64,000 bases of DNA, from NCBI RefSeq assembly GCF_009914755.1, contig NC_060934.1; one strand, written 5' to 3'. The notes below the pieces were generated by a model. It did no database searches and was not told where the DNA came from. It worked only from the letters and a program-made list of their open reading frames with translations. Positions 26,939-41,000 of this stretch are shown here, piece by piece (within the stretch, counting starts at the first letter, position 1; each line of letters begins with the position of its first letter). The position numbers and the translations under genes are program-made. Source of the DNA: the human T2T-CHM13v2.0 reference genome, Homo sapiens.

Positions 26939-27853
26939 TGGCCCTGCTGGCCAGGGCTTCTGCCAGGACTCCGGCTGCCTGGCCCAGGGTCCTGAGACCT
27001 GAGAGCTCTCTCCGTCCTCCCCCACCACTCTTAGCCAGATACTTGCCCTCTTGGAGCCTCTGATTCAATGCAGATCAGGAAATGGCCAAGCTGTTCTGAT
27101 GGGGGTGTGTGTTAAAATACATACACTGTACTTTCCCCAGCTCTTTCTTCGAAAGTTCTGTTTTGGTGTCTGGCTTAAATGGAGATCTGTCCTCTCTCCC
27201 CGCACCCCATTCTCACTTCCCAATCCCCAGGGGATGACTGGCAGGGAGGATGGGGACGGTGTGCCTTGGATCTTCCCACTTAGGTCCTGTGCTGCCCTCC
27301 TCTTAGCTCGGGAGCTTCGGGGAAAGATCTGGAAAGCCCCTTCCACTGTGAACCTCTCTGACTCTGGGGTTTGAATTCCTAAGCTTGTAGCATAAAATTA
27401 GTGGGAACTGATTGCGTTACCTGGTCTGGCCTTTCCTTTCCTAGCCCAGGAAACTGAACCATGGAAAGAAACACTTGGTCTCATCCAAGGTCAGCAGCGA
27501 ATGGGTGACCGATCTGGGCCTGGAACCCCATCTCCGCCAGTCCATTAGCTCATGAAACATGTATTGAGTGTGTGCTGTTGGCCTGGCACAGCCCCCCTTA
27601 GCCACTCTTGAGCTCATTAATAAATGCTCTTCGGGTCTGATGAGAGGCCCAGCTGAACCTTGGGGGTGGGGTTCACTTCTGAGTGCTCAGGGTGAGGACG
27701 AAGGATGGGGAGTTTTCAGTGGCATTCCCAGACTCCCAGATCCTCTGCAGCCAGGGGAGTGTGGAACACTCCTGGTCTGGCATTAGAGCCCCTGCCCAGC
27801 AGCATGTGTCTTTACAGGGTGGTTGCATTGTGAATTTGAGAGAAGTAAAACAG

Positions 27854-28372
<519 letters not shown>

Positions 28373-29870
28373 CTAGGAGTCACCTGCTGAGAGTCACCTT
28401 TGTCAGCCTAGGTGAGAGCACACTAGGAAGAGCCAGCTAGGCTCAGGACAAAGGAGGAGATGCCAGGTGCCTGGACCTTGCCCTGTCCACAGGGGTCCCA
28501 CCCAAACTCCTACCCCTACTCCCCGGTGGACCTTGACCGCCGCTGGGAAGCACAGTGCACAGCTCTAACCACTCAGCGACCTAGCCAAGGATCAGCAGGG
28601 CACAGAGACCTCTGGGAAGAGTCCTGAAACCCTTTCCTGGTGTGTGCAAGTGGGACGCGACCTTATAGGGTCTCTGTCCAACCTTCTTATTTTCCACATG
28701 GGGAAACCCAAAGCCCAGAGAGGTGGTGGGATTGGCTGGGGGTCATACAGTGGGGTGTCTCACTAAGAGTGGGGGGTTCTGTGGTCTGGGTGGGGAGGGG
28801 TGGGGTTTTCCATCGAAAAATGGTGTTCCATCGAAAAATGCTTTGGTGTTCCTGCTGTTGTTTACATACTTAAAACAACTTGCCAAAGGTCTGCCATAAA
28901 TATAATAGCCAGCATTTATTGGGCAACTAATGTGTTTCATGCTTTTCCCAGACTGCCTGGGTTCAGCCCTCAGCTCTGCTCTTTATGAGCTCTGTAACTT
29001 TGGGCAAGTAATGTTTAACTTCTCCGACTTTGGTCTCCACATCTGTAAAACAGGCTTACTAGTGGTGTAGTAATAACTAACATACTACCTCCTCCATAGG
29101 TTGAGAAGATGGAGTGCGCAAACTTCCTGGCACATAGTAAGTGCTCAAGAAAAGGTAGCCCTAGTCATGGTCACCACCAGCATTCCCATTGCCTTACCTC
29201 TGATTTACAGATGAGACGGTGAAGTCGATTGCCCAGGTCATGTGGTGCCTGGAGCCCAACCAAAGCGGCCTGCTGGCACCTAGGCTTCCTGATCTCCAAC
29301 TCCCTGCCGTTTTCCACACTCTTGTGTAGCACAAAGGGCTGGCCCATCATCTCTGAGAGGCCCCCAGTCAGTCATAACCCAAGTACATTGTAATTCAACC
29401 TACTAGGGCAGCTTGTTCCCCTTGGAAAGGCGTTCGAGAGGGAGGTGTTGCATCTGGGCTTCTGTCTGAGAAGCTTATTTTTTTCATGTGTAAACTGAGG
29501 CTCATAATAACAATACCTACTTTTTGGACTCTTCTCGTGTGAAGGGAAGGAGGCCACAGAGGGACTGGGCTTGTCAGTTGTACCCTATTATGTGGAATCA
29601 CTATGAATGGTAACTGACTGGAACTTCTGGCCAGTCACTCACCCCTCCGAGCCTCAGTTTCCTCATCTGAAGACCATGAGCCGAAACAACATAATCTCTT
29701 CCCGAAGTGGCTTCTCAGGGCCACCAGTCCCCAAAAGCAAAAGAGAGGGCAGCAGAGCACCCCCACCCCCAAGAAATTGTCAAACCTATTTGCCTGGAGG
29801 AGATGGCTCAGAGTAAATAGTTTGCTTCACTCAGCCTTTCCCCAGACTACAGACACCACCCACCCCCGAC

Positions 29871-30158
29871 TTTTTTTTTTTTTTTTTTTTTTTTGGAGTG
29901 CAGTGGTGCAATCTCAGCTCACTGCAACCTCTGCCTCCTGGGCTCAGGTGATTTTCCCACCACATCCTCCTGAGTAGCTGGGACTACAGGCATGCGCACC
30001 CATGCCCAGCTAATTTTTGTATTTTTTTTTTTTTTTTTTTTTGCATATGGTGTTTCACCATATTGCCCAGGCTGATCTTGAACTGCTGGGCTCAAGCAAT
30101 CCACCTGCATCTGCCTCCCATAGTGCTGGGATTACAAGCATGAGCACCATGCCTAGCC
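29871..30158 (-). mobile_element. AluJ with 3' end deletion and expanded central A tract
   Basis: 24-nt T run abuts GGAGTGCAGTGG directly; 21-nt central T run at 30022-30042. Confidence 0.88.
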
Positions 30159-31552
30159 CCACCCTTTTTTTAATGCAAAATAACTATGGAAAAGACCAAT
30201 AGATCATTTTGGGAAACGCCCGCGTAAACAGTCCCTTTCAGCTCAGGCATTGCAGCTCCATCCAGCGGATGGTTTACCTACTGAAGAACCACCTTTCCAG
30301 GGGAGCCTTTCACAGAGGAGAGGAGGGGACAGTGTCTGCAGAGGCAGAAGTCTTCCCCTCAGCCTGCTTTCTTGGCCTTTCCACCTCTTTTTAACCCACC
30401 CTCCAGCCTCCCACTTTTGCCGGCCTCCTTGTCTTTTCTTTTTTTGTTACCAGACCACAAATCTGTTTGTGGTTGGGCAGTCCCAAGAGCAAGGCCAACT
30501 GGGCAGAGGGGTGGGGCCTCTGCCATGTCCCTAGAGACAGGCCCCAGAGTTTTGCTGGCTGTCAGAGCCAGAAGGGGTTTGTTTCACCCGTGGGGGCTGT
30601 GGGCCCCCAGAACCTGTGGTCAAGCCTTTGCAAACGTGCACTTTCCTGGAGAGGTGGTCTGAAGCCTTGTTTCAGATCCTTAATTCAATGTGGACACCTG
30701 GAAACAGTGTCGAAACTATAGCCTTAGTCCAAGGGTCTGTAGTCCCTGGCCGTTGAATGGAGTGGAACTGTCATGCTGCCTTTCTCCCCCTCTTCCATTC
30801 CACCTCAGTCGTGTGACTCTTGAAGATGTGAATAGATTTATGTTCACACCTCCTGCTTCTAATCCAGCTTGACATGTTCCTGGCAAGGAAACTGTGACCA
30901 AGGGATGTGAAGCGACTTGACCAAGGCCACAGGGCCTGGCACTGGGGCCGGGGGGGGTCCAGGGAATGATGAGTGAGTGGCAGGCAGGCATGGCCTTCTG
31001 CAGCAGCTGACTTCACTGTGAAGCCATCCCATCTTGTCCTCTGTGAGACCTACTAGGGGTGTTGGGATTCAGTGTCCCAGAAAGAGCTGGCACTGGGGTG
31101 AAGGAAGTCCCCGCCCAGTCCCTCTTCTAGGAAGGCTGGGCAGGACTGGTTTAGGAGTTGCCTCCTCTGGGTCAGGAGGTCAGCTTCTGCTCTGCAGGCT
31201 GCATTGTGTGGGTCCCGCCCAGGTTCATGGTTCCTCTTCGGGGGCTGTGGGGACCACTGGCACTTATATTGAGGGGCACACGGTGTCTTCAGATTGCCCG
31301 GCTGGTGTAAGCTGGTTAGGAGTCCTTAGCTGGGGTTGTTGTGCTGTTGGTGGGGAGAGGCAGCCTGGGGCCTCCAGAGAGCCGCTGGCCGGCCACTCTG
31401 TAATTGTGCATGAGTCACTCTGCCTCCCTGCTCGCAGTCCTCATGTCCCCACCTTCCTGGGATCCTGAGAAGTGGGCTTTGTGATGGTTGGGAGCAAGTA
31501 AGGGGATTTCTTGGCTCTCCGCCTGTCTGCCCTGTGTGCCCGGCATACCTGA

Positions 31553-31924
<372 letters not shown>

Positions 31925-34284
31925 TGATTTCTTGTTTGGTGTTTGGCGATGGGGCTGTGAAGCTGTGAGTTTGACGTCAGTTTATCTCCTGCAAAAGAAT
32001 GGCCTTCTGATTCCTCCCACCTGGCCTGGGTTGACATCTGCATTTCTGCTTGTGCTTCATCTGCAGGACTGACCCCTTTAGGCAGAAGGAGTGGGTCTGC
32101 ATTGGGGGTTGGAATCCTCATGGGCCTCAGAAGTCTTGGCGCCTTCTGCCTTGTGGATGGCCTCCCTCCTAGCCAGCTCCCCAGAGGGGTCTGGGCAGCT
32201 CTGCTCCACCCGAAGGCTCTGGATGCTCCTATTTCTGGTATTCTTGGCACCTTTGATTCCCAAGACCATTAGGGACCTTGGCGCCCATCTCATCTGATGC
32301 CTGTCATACGGATGACTTATGCCCCATCTACGGTATCCCCATAGAGCACCTTCCCATGTGGGCTTGCATGCCTCCACGGACAGGCTGCTCCCTGCCTCCC
32401 CAGCAGCTCCCTCTGTCTAGAAAGTTCCACATCGTATGGAGCCCAGAAGGATACCTCTCCCCTAGTTCTCTTCTCAGGACCTTGCAGAATGTGGTGAATT
32501 TGGTCCTCAGGAAGTCTCTTCCATTCTCTGCCTCAGAGATTGTATCCTCGGAGACTTCTCTCTGGGCTGAGTCTAAGGCTGGAGAAGGCAGAATGGGCTT
32601 CCTGGGGAGGTGGCCTTCTTATATCCCCTGGGCCTTATTATCTCTGCCTCTGGTAAGTGTCTGGGCAGCTTGGAGACCTGAGACCTGACCTGAAAATAGC
32701 CTAGCCCAGGTTGTAAGACGTGGCAGTAGGCTGGGGAGGCCACAACAGTGGCTCACTGGGGCCCTAGGGGAAGAAAGTGGTCTGGCTTCTGCTTTTCAAG
32801 CAGGGTCAGACATTCCAGGAGGCTGAGAAGGCCGTCTGTCTTCCTAGCCTCTTGCAGCATGCTCGCCTGCCACTGCAGCCAGAGCCCACTCACTGGAGGT
32901 AGCCAGGGGCTGTGAATAGTGCTTCCTCCCCTGTGGACCAGCACCCAGCTCCTTGCTGAGCTCCTCTCTGCCTGGCCCTGGCCCCTGCCACTTAGGCGCA
33001 TCTTGCCTAAGTGTCTACAGGCCCCTGAGACCTGGGCTCTGTGCAAGGAGCGCTGGATTTAGAGACAGAACTTCTGGCCTCCTCCTGCCAGCATCGCTGG
33101 GGGCTGTCCCACAAGTCCAAGGGGAAGGCCAGCACGTTGCATGCTGTCCAGTATCACTGCATCGGGGAGTGTAATGTTTCATTACCATGTGCAATGATGG
33201 TAATGGCAGCACAGAAAGGCCCTGGAGACCATCCAGGCCAACCTTCTCATTTAGATGCTGAGTCAAACCCCAGAGGGGACGAGGTCACACGACAAGTCCC
33301 TGGCAGAGCTGGAGCTAAAATCCAGGTGTCCCCACCATCTAGCCAGTGCCCAGCCCTGCCTGTTACTCCACAGAAACCCTTTGCTGGAGTAAGGCACAGG
33401 AGAGGTGCCTCCATGGCTGTGGCAGTGGCACTGGCCTGGCCTGGGACTCACCTTCCTCATTTTGCAAAGCGGCTGGGCCTTTCGGCTCTGGCTGTGCCAC
33501 CAGAAACACTCGTCCTGGGGGCAGGCACTCGGTGCCTATGGTCTTGGTAAGACAGCTGGCTCCTCCAGCCTGGGGGCCGCTGCCCTATAGCAGGACACTT
33601 TCTCTCACTTCCTGGCTTATATGGGGCTGCCTTGCATTCCGCCTTGGGTGGCAACAGGGTCCTCAGGAGCCCACCTGAGACCCCACGCCCAGCTTTTTGG
33701 CTCATCAGGCTCATTTGGTGGCCTAGACCATGGCTTGAATTTATGGTCTGAGATGCAGCCTGGTGTGATCCCTTCCAGGCCCCTAAGACCCAAAGATGCC
33801 CAAACTATTGGAGCAGGAGGGACCTGGGCAGCCAGTCTACTTAATGCCCTTCTCATCCCATTTCCCAGATTAGAGCCCTGAGGCCAGAGAGGGAAGGAAT
33901 CCAGCTGCACAGCTGCAGGCAGGATCCCATGTCCTCCCAGCCTCACTGGCTTGGTCTCCCCCTACTTCCACCCTTTGCGCCCGAGGCTGTCCTTGGCCTT
34001 CCCAGGGTTTGTGTGGAGTGAAGGACGATGGGGGACAATGGGCAGAGTAGCAACTGCTACTTTTCCCTCAGGGCTCCTCTAGACCTCTGCCAGGCCCTGC
34101 GTCACTTCCAGTTCTGGGGAGCCCATGCACTGAATGGGCTGGGAGGGTCCTGCTGGTGGGGCCTCGTGCCAGCCTGAGAACAAGGCTTCCTGGCTGGGCT
34201 TGAGTCCCCAGCACTCTGGCCCTGGGGAGGGCAGAGTCTGGGGTCCTTTTGTGCCTCCCCTCGCCCAGCTACCCAAGGAAGGTG

Positions 34285-35060
34285 GATTCATGTATTCCTT
34301 TGTCAAGTTTATCAAGCACCTTCCATGTGCCAGGCACTCTTCCAGGCCCTGGGGATACATTGGTGAATTTGACAGGGGCCCTGCTTACATTCTAGTAGGC
34401 GAGACAGTCAGCAGGTCAACAACTTAATGCATGACATCATGCCTGAGTTATAATCAGTGCTTTGAAGAAAAATAAACCAGGATAAGGTGATATAGGGACA
34501 TGAGTGGGTGATGGGGCTTCTTTAGGTGGTGTGGTCAGGGAAGGCTTCTCTGAAGAGGCTGCATTTGAGCACATACCTCAGGGAGACAGGGAAGTGAACT
34601 CCATGAACATTTGGGAGAAGAGCTCTCCAGGCAGTGGGAACAGCATGTGCAGAGGCCCTGTGGCAGATGCTTGTTTGGCGTGGTCTGGGAAAAGCAGGGA
34701 GGCCAGTGTGGCTAGATGGAGTGAGGGAAGGAGAGAGTGGGGAGGAAGTCAACAGAGTGATCAGGGACCAGGTGATAAGGGACAGAGAGCCTTATCAAGT
34801 ACAGGAAGGGCTTCTGACTTCATGCTCAGTGATTTGGAAGCCACTGAAGGATTTTAAGTAAAGGACTGAGGCTATCAGATGTGTCCTCTAAGATCTCTGG
34901 CTGATGAGCCGAGAATAGACTGAAGGGACAAGGGTGGCCACAAGGAGACCATCTGGGCAGCATTTACAGGAACCCAGGAAAGGATGCTGGCGGCTTGGAC
35001 CAGAGTGTTCAGTGGAGGTAGTGAAACAAGGTCGGATCCTGAATGTATTTTAAAGATTGA
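34285..35060 (-). mobile_element. L2 LINE 3' portion
   Basis: ATGTGCCAGGCACT...GGGGATAC, GTGGTCAGGGAAGGCTTCTCTGAAGAGG, GGGAACAGCATGTGCAGAGGCCCTG, typical antisense L2 motifs. Confidence 0.8.
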
Positions 35061-37806
35061 CTGAGGCTGTGGCCAGGAGCCCACTGGGAATGCCTGTCAA
35101 CCTCCGTGAAACAGGCTGAGCTAGAGAACTGGCTCAAGTTGCTGTGTCCTGGGAGTCTGAGCCCTTCTCCTTTTGTGCTTGTCAATTCCTGTGCCTCAGC
35201 CACTCTGTCATAAGGTGGCCTTTTAACAGTTGGAAAAATAGAGGCATAGTGGGTCTTCCTGATACCCTTGTCTACCCTTGGAATTCTGATATTCTGCATT
35301 TGGTCTCTCTCCTCCCCTCTGGCTGATTCCCTGGCATTCATCCCCTGCATGTTCATACACTCCACTCTATGCACCATAGTTTCCCAACATGTTAGTCATC
35401 CTCTATCCCGAGGCCTTTGCATATGCTAAGTCCTCCACCTCCACTCTTCAGTCAGGTGAACTCCTACCCATCCTTAAGAGCCCAGCTCAAAAGCTGCCAT
35501 CTTTGAACTCTCTCCCCTGACACTCTCAGGCACTGAGGATTTCTTCTCCACTGAAAATTCTACTCCTCTCCCTCCCACACTCTATTGCAAGGGATCAACT
35601 GCGTGGGGCTGGGTCTGTGCCTTCCTTCACACCTCCTCTTTCTGTTCTGTGTCCTCACAGCCTGGCCCAGGGCCAGCACAGAGGAGGGAACAAAAACATT
35701 TCAGTGTATTCCTGGAGCAGTAGTTGGTTACTATGGAAACAAGGAAGTGTTGCAACTTCCTGAACTTGAGGTTGGGGTCAAAGAGGGCAGCTCTATCTTG
35801 GCCACACGGGATCAACCCAAGATGGCCATGCTGAGGTTCTTATTAATTCAAAGTCACTTCGGACAGGCTCTTTCCCATCCCTGAGCCTCAGCTTACCCCA
35901 TCAATAAGATGCAGGTGTTGGGACTGCTTGACTGTCTGCTCTAACGTTCTGTATCCTTGTGCCTCCAATCCTGCCGTATGAACACAGGCAGGTCCTTTGC
36001 CCTCTTTGAGCCTCAGTTTCCCTATTTTGTTGACCTCTCTCCAAGAACATAGCTGCCTGAGTCAAGCAACTCCAGAATCCTAGGGTCAGCGGCTGGGCTG
36101 GCCGTTGATGATTGAACTGGGATTCTTGTGACTTGCAGAGGCACAAAGAGGGAAGTCCTGCTTTCCAGGGTGGTGGGGTGGGGGTGGGGGAATGAGGCAG
36201 CAGGAGGGTGGGTTGGTAGGGATAATCCAGGCCGGCTCACTCTGGCCTGAACCTGCACAGGCCCCTGGGTCTCCTTTCTTCACCTTGAAGGTGGCAGGAG
36301 CTAGTGCTTGCCAGGGGCCCTTGGCTCTGCCGGACGCTGCCCGCTCCGCATTCTGGTGCCGTGCCATGTAGATCCCGGCCTGTGCTCTGAGGGCCACAGG
36401 TCCTGTGGTGGCCCCAGAGGCTGCCTGCTGCCTGTGGTGGCAGGGCTGAGTGGGTGGGCACCATGTTCTTACTGTGTCTCTTCTCTCTCCACTTCATTGC
36501 TCAGAAGCCAAGAGTTAGCCAAGCACAAAACCACAGCCTGGCTGCTGGCACCCTCCTCTGCAACCCTGCAGCACCTGGGCAGGCTGGTTCTGGGGGTCAG
36601 CACCAGTCACCAGGGCTCGGATGTAGCCTCCTCAAGCTGGGGGTGGGGGTCAAGGGGCCAACATGCCCAGCGTGACGCCAGGCCCGCAGTTGAGTTCCCA
36701 CCTGCCATTTGCACATGCCATTGGGCAGAGTGGGCAGAGGCCTCAGCCCGCATAACGCCCCACCCTGACTCCTGCCTGGCACTCAGGTGCCGTCTGGACT
36801 GCACCAGACCCAGAAAGAGTGACCTGGGATGAGAGGCCTTCCATGGCTCTCTGGGCCTGCCTCCTCATCTGAAAAATGGGCAGAGGGTGCCCGCCTCCCA
36901 TGGCCACCAGGAGGGGAGACAGAGGAAGGCAGCTTGTGATCTCCAGAGCCCAATAAACACACTTGTTAGGATTACCAGCAGCAGGCAACAGGCTTCAGCC
37001 CAAGAGATGCCCCTGAGAACCTCTTTTTCAGGAAGCAAAAGCCCAAACCTTTTCAGAATGAGACTCTTATTCTGGGAATGAGAAGTGCCTCTCCCTCTGT
37101 TTCTGAGCTGTGCCCAGTGGCCAGGGACCTGAGTGGCCATCACAACGTGCCTTTCCCGCCTACCACTGCTCCCTGGCTTTCTAGGGTTGGAGTTGGATGA
37201 AACCCCTGGGGCAGCACCGGGCACTGGAAGGGCCCTGGTAAGGGAGAGGATACCCACTGCCCATCTCTGCCACTCATCAGCTTCCTGACCCTGACAAGTC
37301 CTTGTCTCTCTGCCCTCTGTGCATTGAGGCCCCTTCTAGCTGGGACTCTCCTTTGGAGTCTACTGGAGCATTTTTACCTCCAGGATAGGTGAGGCTCCCT
37401 ACTCCAGACCCCCAGGATGTAATGTGGGTCTCACCTCAACTCACAAAATTCTCACTTCTGTTAAGAAAGGGCCTTGCCATGGTTGACGGGGATTTGCACT
37501 TCACCGTGTGGACAGTGACAGAATGCGTCTCCCCGCCCCTCCTTACCTGGCAAACTTTGTCATTACCTCCGCCCAGGGACCTCCTAGGCATTCTCCTCTG
37601 GACTCCCTCAGCCCTCAGCCTTCTCCTCCTCCCGGTACCAGCTAGGTCAGACAAGACCTGGAGCAGAGAAGGTGCCCAGTAAAGCCTGATGAGTTCTTGA
37701 ATGATCAAGTGAAAGCCCTCAGGTATCCAGATAGTTCAGTTGGCCAGAAAGCCCATTTTTCTCAGATTTTACTCAGCTATGTTTGCTTGTTCAGCATATA
37801 GAATCC

Positions 37807-38035
37807 TTTTTATTTTTATTACTTCATTTTATTTTGTAGAAACTGGGTCTCAGTCTGTCACCCAGGCTGGAGTACAGTGGTGTGATCATGGCTTACTGCA
37901 GTCTCGAACTCCTGGACTCAAGCGATCCTCCCACCTCTGCCTCCTGCTGGGACTACCGGCACGAGCCATCACCCCGGCTAATTGAAAAAAATTTTTTTTG
38001 TAAAGACGAGGTCTTGCTTTGTTACCTAGGCTGGT
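37807..38035 (-). mobile_element. 5'-truncated AluJ
   Basis: Right arm plus partial left arm in antisense orientation. Confidence 0.85.
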
Positions 38036-41000
38036 AGGATCTTTTGTTATTTATTTTTTATTTTTTTATTTTTATTTTTTTTAAAGATAATCTTTTTGGA
38101 AGCTCTGTGTCCAGGACTGATTCTCTATACCTTTGGCCAATCTCTTTCTTTTAAAACCAGGGTTTCCTGAATTGCATTTTTGCATTTCTTTTATTTACCT
38201 GGTCTGTGCAACTATTTTTTTCTCTTTTGGACTCCATATAGCAAATAATTCTGCCTCTCCTTTTATTTGAATTTCTCATGCCAAAAAGGCAGGGAGGGTT
38301 AGTAAACACTGCTTTGGTTGTTCTTTGTTTTGTTAAGTGTTTTTAACTTCTTAGTGTGTTAGATTAGATTTTATCTGCCTTTCCTACCTGCCTTAACCCC
38401 AGGCCTCTAACCCTCCACCTTCCCATTGCTTGTTCACTGGCATTGTGTCTCCTAGGACAGCTGTGTGTGGTAGCGCATGTTGCGCACTGCACAAGTTGGG
38501 GGTGGTACTCACATTTTAGTCCCCTCACATTATACATGTATTAGATGATTTTTTGGCAGGTGATGGTAAAGTGTTGGAGGAAGGGGAGCCTGGTTCTAAT
38601 TCTCATAAAGCCACCTTGGATTAGGAGTAGGCTGACATTGTCCCATGGTCCTGGCTGAAATTGGGAAGTCATTTTGACTCCTCCCCAGGGCTGTACCCCG
38701 TGACATTGGGTGTCCATGTCCCCATTCCCCTGCCCAGAGCATGGCTTATGGGAGTATGTAGTCAGGGAACTGATGTCTTTGGACTCCACCTTCTGGATGT
38801 TTCTCCAGCCACCTCTCCTGTCTACATCCCCAGGCAGCAACCTTCTCCCTCAGGTGTCTACCTCCAGCTTCCCCTTTTCCATCGCCCCTTCACTTGGCTA
38901 CCAGTGTGAACCTGAATAAAAGGCACCCCTGATCTATCACCTCTTCCACTCTACTTAAAACTCCTTCGTGCCTCTCTACGATCTACAATCTGAAATTCAG
39001 TGCCCTTCATTCTCTGGCCCCAGATGAACTTTCACTTGTGTGTGCTTTGCACGTTGTGTTCCTCTCTGCTCTGTCTGCCTGGAGAACTCCTAGGCATCCT
39101 GCAAACTCTGCCCAAGCCTCAGCTTGCCCTCATGCACCAGCTAGGTCAAGCGGATTGGTCCTCCCCTTGCCCCAGTTCCCCAGGCACTGTTTCCTGACCA
39201 GTGTTGCAGCCCTTGCTTGGCAGGATCGCAGCTACCTTTAGAATACCACAGCCACCACCAGGCTCTGGCTCCCTGTCACCCAGCAGCACCAGCTTGGATC
39301 TAGCAAACATTCCAGTGCGCTCCCTGCAAGTTGAATAACACATGGTGGCTACCCTTTCCCAGAGCTGGTCGGCTTTGTGATGTGGACCATGTGCATGGTC
39401 TGACCCCTGGCCCCTTCTTTTGCCCTTTCCCCTGCCAGCCAAAGCCAGAGAGATGGCTGGGCCATGCCAGGCTCCCAGGAGCGCTTTGTGGGTCAGGTTG
39501 TTTTGCCCAAAGCTACTGGGTCTGAGGATACCTGTGAGCTTGCTGTGCCTGCATTGCCGCTGCCCAGGCTTGGCTTCCTGGGAGAATTGGCTCGGCAACA
39601 GCAGCCTGGGCCAGGCCACGAGGCTTCTTGGGCAAAACTCCCTGGGCAGGGCCAGGGGCTGGGGCCTCATATGCACTGCCTGTGCACCAGGCGAGTCTGT
39701 GGGCAAATGAGCTCCAGCTTGCCATGGTGCTGGGGGAGGGCCACCCTTCTGCTGGGTAAACATGGGTGTTCAGGCCTGCCTAGGCACGGCCCTGGGTTCT
39801 TTCGGTTAAAGGTGCAGGACAGCATTTTGTCGAGCCGGGAGTTGCCAGTGAGAGGGTGACAGAGAGGGACACATGGGAACCTTCACCAACCTTCCCTGGG
39901 ACTCGGCCCCTACAGGCTTTAAGCAGAGGCTGCAAGGAGGCTTAGGGGTCCCTGGGCCAGGACTACTGTTCCGACTCTGAGATCTTTTATCTGCTGCAAT
40001 GCTGGCTGCTTTCTGGGACTTGGGGAAGGTGGGTGGGCTGTGAGCAGGTGCGTTTCCTAAGCCAGGTCTGAGACCAGAGCTTCCATTTAGCGGTCCCCAC
40101 TGCAAATGCATTTCAGTCCTTGCTCCCCCAGGCAAAGCTCACATCCTTGGGAACATCCTTCCTGCACCAGGCATGGTACTTTGGGGTCTGGAGACTGTCG
40201 CAGCACCCCTCTGAAGTGGGTGGTATTATCCCATTTTGCAGAGGAGGAAGCTGGAGTTCAGAGTGCTGAACTTGTTCAGCCTCCACAGCTGCTCAGGGAA
40301 TCAGGTCTTCTACTCCCTACGTGAGGCCACAGCTTGATTTTTCTTTTCTGGTCCGTGGCTGTTTGTACAAACGAGTATCCTGTGGACATGGTTGTCTGCC
40401 CCTGCCCCTCCGACAGGACAGCGCTGAGCAGGTACCTGGGCTGGTGCCACACTTGGGGAGGTGGACACGTAGCCTCAGAGCCCGAAGCAACTGGTGGGGT
40501 TCATTCCCATGGAGGAGAGGTTCTCCGTGGTCCACGGCCGGAGCCTCCGCATGTCAGATCCTTCTCCCCACCCAGATGGAGCCAAGTGGGCCCCACATCA
40601 GTGAAGGAAAAAGCCCTTGGCTCTTGTGCAAACACAAATTGTGGAAGAGTGGCATCAACAACACGAGGTGCTCCCCATCCATCCGGCTCACTTTCCTTCT
40701 ACGAGATGAACTCAGCTCAGGGTGTTTTGTGCCTTCTCCGGTTTGCTCTAGTTTGGTTTTGGTCTGGTACAATTGAAGTCTTTGCCTCCTTCCGACAGAA
40801 GCACTGGACCCCTCTCCCTGGGCCCTGAAAACCCGGAGGGGTACTGGGACTGCTGTGTTGGATCAGAGGAGTCAGGTAGAAATTGGGGGTTCTGGGTGCA
40901 GGGAGCACTTGAGGTGCCTGCTGCATGCTCCCTGAAGACAAAATCCCAGGGAGGATGTGTCAGTTCCGAGGGCCACTGAGATCACCACCTCCGTGAGCAT

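Noticed and set aside
26507-27068. His/Cys-rich ORFs resembling metal-binding proteins (also 60097-60747)
   Set aside because: Artefacts of CA/TG simple repeats
38455-38500. Possible MER91-like MITE remnant
   Set aside because: Too short and diverged to call without a profile search
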